Shown here in pieces: positions 1 to 8,931 of a DNA stretch of 20,169 nt; within the stretch, counting starts at the first letter, position 1; each line of letters starts with the position of its first letter. This DNA is from Bacteroidaceae bacterium (GTDB taxonomy: Bacteria; Bacillota_I; Bacilli_A; RF39; UBA660), in assembly GCA_963600145.1 (NCBI GenBank), contig CAVCAD010000156.1, positions 1 through 20,169 of the forward strand, given 5' to 3'. The notes beneath the pieces are model-generated. The model searched no databases. It was not told the origin of the DNA and saw only the letters and a list, made by a program, of their open reading frames with translations. A program made the position numbers and the translations under genes.

Positions 1-595
1 ATATGTACCATTTGCTGTAATAGTTAAAGATTCTTCAGTTTTACCAGGAACATTTGCAGTTACTTTACTATATACAGATCCAGTTGTTGGTGTATATGTA
101 CCATTTGCTGTAATAGTTAAAGATTCTTCAGTTTTACCAGGAACATTTACATCTACAGAACTATATACAGATCCAGTTGTTGGTGTATATGTTTTATTTT
201 CAGTTGCAATTAAAGAAACTTCAGTTTTTGCATCACTCGGAACACTTACAGTTACAGAATTATATACAGTACCTTCTATAGGTGTATAGTTTCCATTTGC
301 AGTTGCCGTCAAAGTTGTCTCCGTCTTTTTATCACTTGGAATATTAGCAGTTACTTTATTGTAAACTTTACCATCATCTGGTGTATATGTACCATTTGCT
401 GTAATAGTTAAAGATTCTTCAGTTTTTGCATCACTTGGAACATTTACAGTTACCTTATTATATACAGTACCATCATCCGGTGTATATGTACCATTTCCCG
501 TTGCAGATAAAGAAGTCTCTGATTTAATAGGAATATTTGTATTTATAGTGAATGCATCAAATCCATCATAGTTTTCTCCTGGTGTATATTGTGCT
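1..595 (-). repeat. In-frame tandem coding repeats, units of 93-112 nt (31-37 aa)
   Basis: Units start at 1, 94, 187, 286, 385 and 484, and each ends in ggtgt. Units 1, 2 and 5 share about 40 identical nt at their start (atatgtaccatttgctgtaatagttaaagattcttcagttt). More diverged protein-level copies (NGTAQYTP, ANGTYSIHP, ANGTYIIG) continue to about 895. Confidence 0.9.
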
Positions 596-1296
596 GTCCC
601 ATTTGATATAATAGATATAGTACCTAAACTTTGAAGATTTAATTCTGTTGGTACATTCACATCTAATGTAACAGAAGTCATAACATCATAATTATCAGAT
701 GGATGAATAGAATATGTACCATTTGCTGTTACTGTATATTCTCTATTACCTTCAATTTCAATATTTAAATCAGTAGGAACTGAAGATGAAGATCCTTCAA
801 TAGTTTGATATTCTATAGTTGGAGGAACTTCAACATTTAAAACTTTATCACCAATGATATATGTACCATTAGCAGATATTTCAAGATTATTTGATAATGA
901 GATCACTTCTGCTGGCTCATAAACATCAAAATATGCTAATGCGTAAGAATAATTATCATTTGTTTCTGCTTTAAAAGATCTTAGCTCATATTTATATTGA
1001 TTATAATCTGTAGTTAAATTAGTGAAAAAAGAGTCGATTTGTTCTTTTGCATCACTCTCAGATATATAATATGCATTACTGCCATATGAATGCTTTTCAC
1101 AAGAATAAGCACATTGCATTTTATAAATAATATAATTATCTTGAACTTCACTTTGGGCTCTCATTCCATAGCGAAATTCTTTTGCAGCTGTAAATGATAA
1201 TATATCTTCAGGCACTGATATATATTTTAATGTACCAGGTATATAATTAGCAATTACATCAGTGATAGTTTCTATAAAAGTTTGATATTTCTACAT
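1..1296 (-). CDS. Tail fibre-like tandem-repeat protein (partial, C-terminus beyond the window edge); codon 2 is TAG
   Basis: The minus-strand frame is open from position 1 to ATG 1296..1294 with no TAA/TGA. Translation is M-[TAG]-KYQTFIETITDVIANYIPGTLKYISVPEDIL..., followed by at least 8 modules with ANGTYTP..G.VY.KVTVNVP-type motifs. It is missing from the ORF track because TAG (cta 1291..1293) follows the ATG directly and the 3' end is off-window. Confidence 0.65.
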
Positions 1297-1321
1297 AAAT
1301 TAAATAAATTTTTATTTATTT

Positions 1322-2053
1322 TCATTCTTTTGATGATGCAATTACATTACCAGCACTATCTGTAATAGATATAACGCCAATTGCATTCTTGGTTACATCA
1401 ACATTATCTGCAATTATTTGAATTTTAATTCCTATTCTTGCTTTGCCATCCTCAGTTGGCGTAAATATCGTATCTGGACAAATAACTTCCCAAGGGTTAT
1501 TATCTTTTTTATGTAGTTTCATATCAATGTCGATATATTCAACATACTTACCATAATCAGTTAGTGATGTTATAATATTCAGAGATGCCTCATCTGCAGA
1601 AAATTTTCTGCCCTTAATTTTAATGCGGTACTGCTCTCCTGCTTTTACATCTATTACAGCTTCATAAGATTTTCCAGCACTCTTATCTAATAATATTTTC
1701 ACATAGTCATCATAATTATACACTGCAGTTTCATCATTCAATGGACAAAGCCCTATTGCACCACCTAGCATTTTTATTTGTCTGCTAATAGTCAATGGAA
1801 GTTCTACTGTTTCGTAATCTCCGTACGTAAGGTACTGCATAATTGGAAGATTTAAATCATTATGTTCAACAGTTCCAAGATAAGTCCTGTATTGATTTAA
1901 TAATGAATTCCAATTATCTGCTTGAAAAGATGCAAGTATAATATCACTATCAAAACCTTCATAGATAAAAAAGGTATCAGATAAAATGCTATATCGTAAA
2001 TTATCGGTAAAGTAATTATACCTTAAGGCTTGCTTAAATTCTTGTAAAGTCAT
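1322..2053 (-). CDS. Hypothetical virion-module protein (243 aa)
   Basis: Intact ORF with ATG 2053 and TGA stop 1322..1324, and no in-frame TAG. It sits between connector-like genes and the fibre gene. No motif recognised. Confidence 0.6.
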   Translation of the reverse strand: MTLQEFKQALRYNYFTDNLRYSILSDTFFIYEGFDSDIILASFQADNWNSLLNQYRTYLGTVEHNDLNLPIMQYLTYGDYETVELPLTISRQIKMLGGAIGLCPLNDETAVYNYDDYVKILLDKSAGKSYEAVIDVKAGEQYRIKIKGRKFSADEASLNIITSLTDYGKYVEYIDIDMKLHKKDNNPWEVICPDTIFTPTEDGKARIGIKIQIIADNVDVTKNAIGVISITDSAGNVIASSKE

Positions 2054-2136
2054 CTTTTAATTTAATTATTTTTAATATTTTTATATTTTTAATTATTATT
2101 TATCGATTTCTTCCCAATTAGATAAATCTAACCAAG

Positions 2137-2568
2137 TTATATCTCTTTGACAACTTCATCGAATAAGCTATCATCAACACATATAATCTCTTTTGGAAGA
2201 GTCACTGAGAATGTCACATAGCATCCTGCACATAAGTCATTGAACTTCTCTGTCCAAAAAGTGTAGCTAGTGCTGTCTAAACTATCAAAGCATTCAGCTA
2301 AGATTTGTTCAAGAATAGTCTTAGATAAACTTTGAACTTCCAATAAGTTTGATCTATCATCCGTTAGTCTATCTGTCACAAATGCATTAAATGTATATGT
2401 TGTTAGATCACTATCTGTTGTATTATTCTAAATAGTTAAAACAAAATTCGAATATTTTCTATTGGGAAGATTTTCGAATTCATATATATCACCATAATAT
2501 ACTTCTTGAATATATTTATGTTTCCTAGCTGTATTTAATATATTTGTTACTAATTCAAAATAATTCAT
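2137..2568 (-). CDS. Hypothetical structural-module protein (143 aa, one in-frame TAG)
   Basis: ATG 2568..2566 (MNYFELVTNILNTARKHKYIQEVYYGDIYEF...) joins track ORF 2137..2379 in the same frame through TAG at 2428..2430. The stop is TAA 2137..2139. Confidence 0.6.
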
Positions 2569-2581
2569 TATTTATAAAATA

Positions 2582-3112
2582 TTATTTATATCTATAATCA
2601 TAAACATTTCCACCGTCAAAAACTATTCCACATCTATTTGGTTCTTCAGCACCTTCACAATTTATATATTGTGTATATTCAGGAAACTTATCTGTATTAT
2701 GAACTAAATAATGCTTCATCTTAGTTGCATATGCATCTGCATAGTTTTCAAGTTGCCTTTGCAAAGATTTACAATAATTTACATCTAATGTTGATCTCTA
2801 TGTATCGTTATTTACAGAAACACCTGCATTTTGAAGTTTATAGTTTATTAATGGAATAATATTTGCGGAAACAGCCCACACTAGATATGGCGCAATATAT
2901 ACATCAAGTAAATTTTTATAATTATCTGTTAATGTATTTGTTTCTACCATTTGGCATAATTTGTTAACTAATGCTGGACCAATAATATTTGTTAAATCAA
3001 GATCTTGCGCTAAGCAAATACTTGGATATAAATATACACCATCAAGATTTGCACCCAATGAACTTTGTTTCTTTAATGTATCTTCACTTATCAATAATAT
3101 CTTATTTGTCAT
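2582..3112 (-). CDS. Putative head-tail connector/adaptor-like protein (176 aa, one in-frame TAG)
   Basis: Track ORFs 2798..3112 and 2582..2764 share a frame and are joined through TAG 2798..2800 (..VSVNNDT-TAG-RSTLDVNYCKSLQRQLENY..). ATG 3112 overlaps the portal stop, and the stop is TAA 2582..2584. The N-terminal pattern ISEDTLKK.S..GANLDG.YL.P.I..AQD resembles phage connector families. The function call is pattern memory only. Confidence 0.4.
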
Positions 3113-4151
3113 CGTCTTCAGACCAATTTATTTTAAATCCTTTAAATGTTAAATGAACTCCCAATTTACCAAGTTCTTTGGCAAATATCTTCTTAATAGG
3201 AATAATCACTGTGCTATTAAATAATGCATAAGCTTGTTGGAATTCCTATTTGGAAAATCCTGTATTGACATTCTTGCCAACTAATATAGGATTCATACGG
3301 AATGCAACAAATATATCATCAACAGATGATTCTTGAAGTTGGGTATATAGATCACCCGCATTATCAGGGGTTAATCTTGTTACTTCAATTTTACCGGTAT
3401 CATTGGTATTATTGATGAGCATCACCTTGCCTGCATTTTCAGACCCTGTATATTCACCTTCAAGTTGGGCTTTGATCTCTTGTAATTCGGATGATTTAAT
3501 TTGTGTACCATTGAGGGCAACAACTACAGACCCAGAAAAATTATTCTGCAAATTATGCAAATGGAAGTTTCTTGTTTGATTTAATATCTCTATAGATTTG
3601 AGAGAACTTACATACATAGGTACAGGATTAATATTCCTGGTTATTTGTCCTCTAAAATAAAAGATAAAATGATCTTGATTTTCATTTGGATTCCATAATG
3701 GAAGTTTATACAAGGCCTTACGATTCCAATTATTCCAATTATTTGATAAATAGGCAATAGTTAACTCTTCATTAACACGAACATTCTGCACATTAATATA
3801 ATTTAATCTAACTATATCACCCTTGGAATTTCGAATACCTTCAAGTGCAAATCCACCAAATAGAATATAATCAAATACAGATTTTGCTAAGATATCTGAT
3901 AAAGAAAGTCCATTATCCGATAATCTATCAAAATCGGTGTCTATTCCATCTGCAATAATATAATCACATAAGGTATTTACGGCTGATTGAAGATTACTAT
4001 TCTTCAAATAATTATCAAATAGATAAATAGGAAACTTATTGTCTTCTCCCCATTTAATATATTCCTGTGCGCCTTTGAAGTCATATGTATCAGGAATAGG
4101 CGCTGGCCTATAATTCACGCAGGCAAAATTCTATAATTCTTTATTATCCAT
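3102..4151 (-). CDS. Portal protein (HK97-family-like), 349 aa with two in-frame TAGs
   Basis: ATG 4151..4149 (MDNKEL-TAG-NFACVNYRPAPIP..). The TAGs lie at 4131..4133 and 3246..3248, and the first non-TAG stop is TAA 3102..3104. The C-terminal region ..SSVDDIFVAFRMNPILVGKNVNTGFSK-TAG-EFQQAYALFN.. resembles the portal motif (..f.vP..llg). The track ORF's M at 4118 is actually GTG inside the gene. Confidence 0.6.
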
Positions 4152-4437
4152 TATAAGTCTTGATATTTATATTTGACGAATATGAAGTTGATTCTCTATC
4201 ATTTAAATAGGATGCTATACCACTTTGAAGAATGGTATTTTCATCTTCACTATTATAAATATAATAATCAAATTGTCCAACTATATTAGGAATAAGATCT
4301 AATGTATATTTTACACCATCATTAGATAAAGATGTACCAGTTTCAGCCTTTGTAACTTGATTAATAAATTTAATTCTATTACCAATAACTTTATTTACTA
4401 TTGGAATAATAATATTTTCACTATCTAAATAAATCAT
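4144..4437 (-). CDS. Hypothetical protein (97 aa)
   Basis: Intact ORF with ATG 4437 and TAA 4144..4146, overlapping the portal start by 8 nt. It is preceded by the conserved 18-nt motif. Confidence 0.55.
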   Translation of the reverse strand: MIYLDSENIIIPIVNKVIGNRIKFINQVTKAETGTSLSNDGVKYTLDLIPNIVGQFDYYIYNSEDENTILQSGIASYLNDRESTSYSSNINIKTYNG

Positions 4438-4440
4438 ATT

Positions 4441-4458
4441 CTATATATATAATACAAA
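4441..4458 (-). promoter_or_regulatory. Conserved 18-nt upstream motif, copy 1 (minus sense TTTGTATTATATATATAG)
   Basis: The plus-strand sequence ctatatatataatacaaa is identical to 7134..7151 and matches 15149..15166 at 17/18. It ends 3 nt before ATG 4437 and lies just downstream of a terminator hairpin. Confidence 0.5.
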
Positions 4459-4460
4459 AA

Positions 4461-4501
4461 TTGGGCAAATTATTCTTCAAATTTTGGAATAATTCGTCCA
4501 A
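4461..4501 (-). terminator. Intrinsic terminator-like hairpin after the tube-like gene
   Basis: The arms are 4461..4475 (ttgggcaaattattc) and 4487..4501 (gaataattcgtccaa). They form a 15-bp stem with one mismatch and one wobble and an 11-nt loop. The minus-strand RNA continues with UUUUUGUAUU. Confidence 0.55.
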
Positions 4502-4523
4502 TTTTCCTAAGTTTTTGTTTAAA

Positions 4524-5069
4524 TTATGCAACTAATGTAGAAATATCCAAATCTGCAGATAAGAAATGTGGAAATTCCATTGCAATTTCTTCAAATGTCA
4601 ATGTGAAACCACTTAGATCTGAATTTGATGTACCAGATTGCATTACTGCATCTGTGATATAAACTTCATTTCGGCCTTCACCAATACCTAATAATAAATA
4701 TTGTCCATACATATCTTTGATGATTATGCAAGCACCACCATTTATCATAGATTGAATAGCTAAACGTTTTTCAGCTTCTGCTTTTGAGAACTGTAATGCA
4801 ACGTCAGTAGTTACTGTGCTATTTCCTGTAGTAAGATCACCAGATCTTGTAGATGTATAACTTCCTGTATTTGGCCTAAATAACCATTTTTGGAATTTAT
4901 TTGTCCCTGCCAATGTTACCTCTTTGATATTTCCAGTGGCATCATCTACTGTTACTTTAGAGACATCTTCAGCAGCAATAACATATACTTCTTTAATACC
5001 ACCTACAGAACCTTCACAGCGTGCATCTATTGCATTTACAGTTACTGATTTACAACTTTGTACTGCCAT
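4524..5069 (-). CDS. Putative major tail (tube)-like structural protein (181 aa)
   Basis: ATG 5069 (MAVQSCKSVTVNAIDARCEGSVGGIKEVYVIAAEDV..); the track start 5084 is TTG. The stop is TAA 4524..4526. It has beta-rich Thr/Ser/Gly/Val composition, follows the capsid gene directly, is bracketed by hairpins and is TAG-free. The function call rests on position and composition only. Confidence 0.35.
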   Translation of the reverse strand: MAVQSCKSVTVNAIDARCEGSVGGIKEVYVIAAEDVSKVTVDDATGNIKEVTLAGTNKFQKWLFRPNTGSYTSTRSGDLTTGNSTVTTDVALQFSKAEAEKRLAIQSMINGGACIIIKDMYGQYLLLGIGEGRNEVYITDAVMQSGTSNSDLSGFTLTFEEIAMEFPHFLSADLDISTLVA

Positions 5070-5105
5070 ATAAATTAGATTCAAATAAATTTTAATGTTT
5101 TAAAT

Positions 5106-5137
5106 ATTGGAGAATAACCGAATTATTATTCTCCAAT
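5106..5137 (-). terminator. Perfect 12-bp hairpin downstream of the major capsid gene
   Basis: The arms are 5106..5117 (attggagaataa) and 5126..5137 (ttattctccaat), with an 8-nt loop. It lies 12 nt after the MCP stop. The downstream U tract is weak, so it may be an attenuator or RNA-stability element rather than a full terminator. Confidence 0.45.
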
Positions 5138-5148
5138 AAAAATTAGAT

Positions 5149-6036
5149 TTACGCAAGTTTTGCTACTGCAACAAGATCAGGGAATGCAATTTGAACTCCC
5201 TCATTGAACTCAATTGCAAGTCTAAATTCGCGATTGTCTTGAGAATACCAGAAATCAAATTTCTCTGCATCATCAACAAGATCAGTACCATATACAAAGT
5301 TATCACGATACGATGCAACAGCTTTATAAGTTTGACCATCAAGACCAGTTACAGGAATAACGCGTACGTTAGTGCCAGGAATAAGTACAGAACTTGGTTG
5401 TGCAACATCATTGATTACATTAGTGATTACTAAGTTACCATTAGCAATTAATTCTTGGATGTATTTTCTGTATGTATCAGAACCAACGAACAATATCACA
5501 TCACCTTTTTCAAATGCAGCACTAGGAAGTAATGCATAAGTCTCATTGATGATTTTTGTTGCAGAATCACTCGCACTTGCTGAATAAGTACCTGCGAGAG
5601 TTGCAGCATCAAGAATACTTTGATACCCATCAGTACCTTGCCAAATAGCAACTTCAAGTTTGCTTTGAACATCTTCAACAATACCATTAACAAAATCTTC
5701 TTCAAATGGAAGTGTTTTTTGCCCAGCAGCTAAACGAACATCATAATTCATCCAGGTAGCCAAGAGTTTCTTATCGCAAAAACTCATATTTACTTTGTAT
5801 GGATGTGCCTTCAAAATACGTTGTGAAATAGTGGAAGTACCAGCTTCGTTCCAACCACAATTTGATCCATCTTGAAGAGTTACATCGGTAACTAAAAGAT
5901 TAAGTGCAGTATCACCTTTAACACCAGTTTGAAGATTAACTTCAGCTGCTGTACGTGCACCAATAACAGCCTTACGGATTAAACCAAGTTTTTTTTCTTC
6001 CACATATGCGGGAAGTGCTTCAACATTAATAGCCAT
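5149..6036 (-). CDS. Major capsid protein (HK97-fold type), 295 aa
   Basis: Intact ORF with ATG 6036 and TAA 5149..5151, directly after the scaffold gene. It is TAG-free and has typical MCP size and composition (MAINVEALPAYVEEKKLGLIRKAVIGARTAAEVNLQTGVKG...). Confidence 0.7.
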   Translation of the reverse strand: MAINVEALPAYVEEKKLGLIRKAVIGARTAAEVNLQTGVKGDTALNLLVTDVTLQDGSNCGWNEAGTSTISQRILKAHPYKVNMSFCDKKLLATWMNYDVRLAAGQKTLPFEEDFVNGIVEDVQSKLEVAIWQGTDGYQSILDAATLAGTYSASASDSATKIINETYALLPSAAFEKGDVILFVGSDTYRKYIQELIANGNLVITNVINDVAQPSSVLIPGTNVRVIPVTGLDGQTYKAVASYRDNFVYGTDLVDDAEKFDFWYSQDNREFRLAIEFNEGVQIAFPDLVAVAKLA

Positions 6037-6049
6037 AAATAATAATTAA

Positions 6050-6550
6050 TTAATTTTGAAAATATTTTAGTGCGCCACTATTTTTATATGAGTTTGGTTG
6101 TGCAACAGCTGCAAGAGAAACTGCGTCCTCCTTTGGCGCTTCAGCTTTGTCTTCCAATTCTTTAACTTTATTTTCTAATTCTGTAATATGTGCTTCATAT
6201 TCAGCAATTTTTGCTTGTAATTCAGAGATGAGTGCATCTTTCTCATCTGGAACAATAGGCTCTTCGGCGGGAACTTCTGGAACCGCTTCTTCTTCAATGG
6301 GTTCTTCTTTAACTTCCTCTTCAGCAGGATTCTCTGCTTTTTTGATTTCAGAAACTTTGCCTTCAGAAACTACCAAAATAGTACCATCTTCAAGTGCATA
6401 TTCACCATCTTCTGGATTTTCACCATCTTCATTTACAACTTCTACACCTTCTGATAATTCACCATCATAAATGAGAATACCTTTATCTGTAGAAACTTCA
6501 GCAAACTTAGCAACTAATCTAGCTAATTTAATAAAATTCTTTTTGTTCAT
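6050..6550 (-). CDS. Scaffolding protein (acidic, coiled-coil), 166 aa
   Basis: It has a Glu/Pro/Ala/Val-rich acidic centre (ENPAEEEVKEEPIEEEAVPEVPAEEP) and a coiled-coil segment (LISELQAKIAEYEAHITELENKVKELEDK). It lies between the protease-like gene and the MCP gene. The stop is TAA 6050..6052. Confidence 0.65.
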   Translation of the reverse strand: MNKKNFIKLARLVAKFAEVSTDKGILIYDGELSEGVEVVNEDGENPEDGEYALEDGTILVVSEGKVSEIKKAENPAEEEVKEEPIEEEAVPEVPAEEPIVPDEKDALISELQAKIAEYEAHITELENKVKELEDKAEAPKEDAVSLAAVAQPNSYKNSGALKYFQN

Positions 6551-6591
6551 TTAATAATATATTTAAATTTTGAAACTTTCAAACTAATACA

Positions 6592-7131
6592 TCAGTCCAA
6601 AATATTATTAATCAAGTCATCTAATGATTCAGACTATTCTTTAAGATCTACCATACATTCTATAGAAAATCCATTATATTTGCCTGCTTTTAAATTTTCC
6701 CAAATTTGATCATCTTCAATCTTTAAAGAAACATACCAACTTCCTAATGCAATATCTGAAAATTCTTCAGGCACCAATCCAGGACGTGATATAAAAGATT
6801 CTATCATATAAACTTTATCTACAGGAAGTGGTTGTCCAGAATGTTCTAAGCTAAATGATAAATGATTTTCTTTTTCTGCATCTAATACCATCTTTTCTAT
6901 GATATCCGCAGTAAAGACTAAATAATATGGTTGTCCATCTTTTGCTATACGATAAATAGGTTTATCGGCTATCATAGCAGGACCAAATGCTATATGCTTT
7001 TCTTCATCTAAAGAAAACTTTACTGCCTTTTGCTCTGAAAATATCTGAAAATCTGTCTCTATAGCTGGTTTTTCAACTAATGATAAAACAGACAAATCAC
7101 CATATGTCACATAATAAACTGGAATATTCAT
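6592..7131 (-). CDS. XkdF-type putative prohead protease (Peptidase_S78_2-like), 179 aa if TAG 6634 is read
   Basis: The blocks LSLVEKPAI, DEEKHIAFGPAMIADKP, FTADIIEKM, MIESFISRP and GSWYVSLKIEDDQIWENLKAGKYNGFSIEC parallel my recollection of the B. subtilis PBSX XkdF sequence. The track ORF ends at TAG 6634..6636. Reading through adds SESLDDLINNILD before TGA 6592..6594. Confidence 0.75.
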
Positions 7132-7133
7132 AT

Positions 7134-7151
7134 CTATATATATAATACAAA
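7134..7151 (-). promoter_or_regulatory. Conserved 18-nt upstream motif, copy 2
   Basis: ctatatatataatacaaa is identical to 4441..4458 and ends 2 nt before ATG 7131 of the XkdF-like gene. Confidence 0.5.
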
Positions 7152-7180
7152 TTTTATTTAAAAAATTAACAAATTATTGA

Positions 7181-8929
7181 TTAATATCTATTTTCTCTCT
7201 CCTATACAGACACTTTATTACCGGCCTATTGTATATCTGATTCAACAACATAAACTTTTGTATCTGTAATAGATTCTTCAATATTTGCACCTTCAATAGC
7301 TGAACTATATTGTGTTGGAGTAGTCAATGTATTTGTTGCAACTGCAGCAGAAACACCTGATAATGTAGCACTATCACTATTTCCTTTTGTTCTAAGATTA
7401 GCTAATTGGGCAGCACCAGATGCGATCACTGCTATCATATTGGTAATACCAGTTGCTTGTGCAATGGCAGGACCTGCAACCGGAATAGCATTAAGACCCT
7501 CATTGCTTGCTGCACCGGTATATGCCATTAATGCACCCGAAATAGTGGAAGTCACAATACTTGCAGCTTGAAATGCTAACATAGCTTTACGTTGTTTTTC
7601 ATCAGCTTCATCCATTGCACTTGCTATTGATGAAAAAACACTAGATATATTTGATAATGTCTATGCAGCATCTTGCATCTACGTTAGTTGTGACGCTTCA
7701 ACAAGCGCATCTTCCTTTTGTTTATAATATTGTTGTAATTCATATTTCCGTTTAAGATATTCTTCTTCTGTCATCAATTTATTTTCATATAATGATGCTA
7801 ATAAATCAAGATCAGCCTTATATTGTTCTTGAAGTTGCTGATGTTCTGTTTGCGGAAATAATCTATTCTTTAATTCTTTATATTCAGCTAATAATGTCAT
7901 TAGCTTTTCTATTCTCTTTTCTTCTTCGGATGTATCTTCATCTTCTGTAGGTGCAGCACCTGGATTAACAGCTTCAGTTTTATTCTTCTTTATATCTTTA
8001 AATGGATTTAGATAATCTTTAGTTTCTGCCCTTAATACTGCTAGCTCGTCTTCTTTTCTCTTTTCAACAGCTTTTGCAGCATCTTCTTGTGCCTTAATAT
8101 ATCCAGGTAATGCTTTATCTACTTTATCAATGTATTCTTGATATTCTTTTACATAGTTTTTAAGATCATCTAATTGATGTGCAGCGGCATTCATATTCAG
8201 ACGATCACCCTTATTAAAATATTTTTGCCATTCCGTATGCATAATTTCAATTTGTTCATTAATCTCAGTAACACGCCTCTTAGCTTCTGTATATTTCTTC
8301 TTAACATCATCAGGTAGCTGTGCTAAAAGATCTTCATTCTTGAACTTTTCTATTGTTCCAGCAGCTGTTTCTAAAATTTGTTGATATTCTTCTGCTTCTT
8401 TCTTTGCTTCTTCTGTCTTATTTTTAATAGCCATCCATCCAGCTGCTATTGTAGATAATGCTAATATTACTGCACCAAGTACGCCTTTTCCCATTGTTGT
8501 ATTTAGAGTAGATATAACACCTTTTAATATTTTAAAAGATTCTATCAAATCTTTAACACCAGCAATAGCTTGTGTAAATACCATTAACTATTGTAATCTA
8601 GCAATTCCTTTGATAACATCTTCATTTTCAGATCCAAATAGTTGCATAAGTGCAGTTGCAGCTGTAATTCCAGATGAAATACCTGCAATAGCTTTAGCAC
8701 CTTGCTCTCCCCATCCTTGCATACCTTTAGATAATGCATCTGTTGTCTAATTAAATGTATCTATTTGCCCTTTAGCGTCCGCCGCTCTTTTCTATAATTT
8801 ATAAAATGCGTCACTACCTATTTCAACATTCTTCAGTTGCTCATTGCATTCCTATAATTCTTTCTCTAATTGGGCAATAGATCTCTTCGCTTTTGAAGTA
8901 TCTATCTGTATTGAACTAATTACTGCCAT
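7181..8929 (-). CDS. Tape-measure-like protein, about 582 aa with eight in-frame TAGs
   Basis: ATG 8929..8927 (MAVISSIQIDTSKAKRSIAQLEKEL-TAG-ECNEQLK..). One frame links the unlisted 8585..8929 segment with track ORFs 7679..8584 and 7226..7615. The TAGs start at 8852, 8792, 8747, 8588, 7679, 7661, 7226 and 7202, and the first non-TAG stop is TAA 7181..7183. The protein is long and helical (Ala/Gln/Glu/Lys-rich), with a hydrophobic segment GVLGAVILALSTIAAGWMAI and a Gly/Ala-rich C-terminal third. Confidence 0.55.
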
Positions 8930-8931
8930 AA

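Noticed and set aside
1-300. The repeat pairs as template/variable repeats of a diversity-generating retroelement.
   Set aside because: Differences between units 1 and 2 are whole-codon changes (AAA/TCT, ACT/GAT, GCA/GTA), not adenine-specific substitutions. No reverse transcriptase gene is in the window.
1-595. The tandem repeats at the left edge as a CRISPR array.
   Set aside because: Units are directly adjacent with no unique spacers, have variable length (93-112 nt), and lie in one long open frame encoding a repeated protein module.
5496-5705. A 69-aa minus-strand ORF in an alternative frame inside the major capsid gene.
   Set aside because: It is fully embedded in the MCP ORF, has Leu/Lys/Met/Val-rich low-complexity composition and no independent start context. 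It is most likely an out-of-frame shadow.
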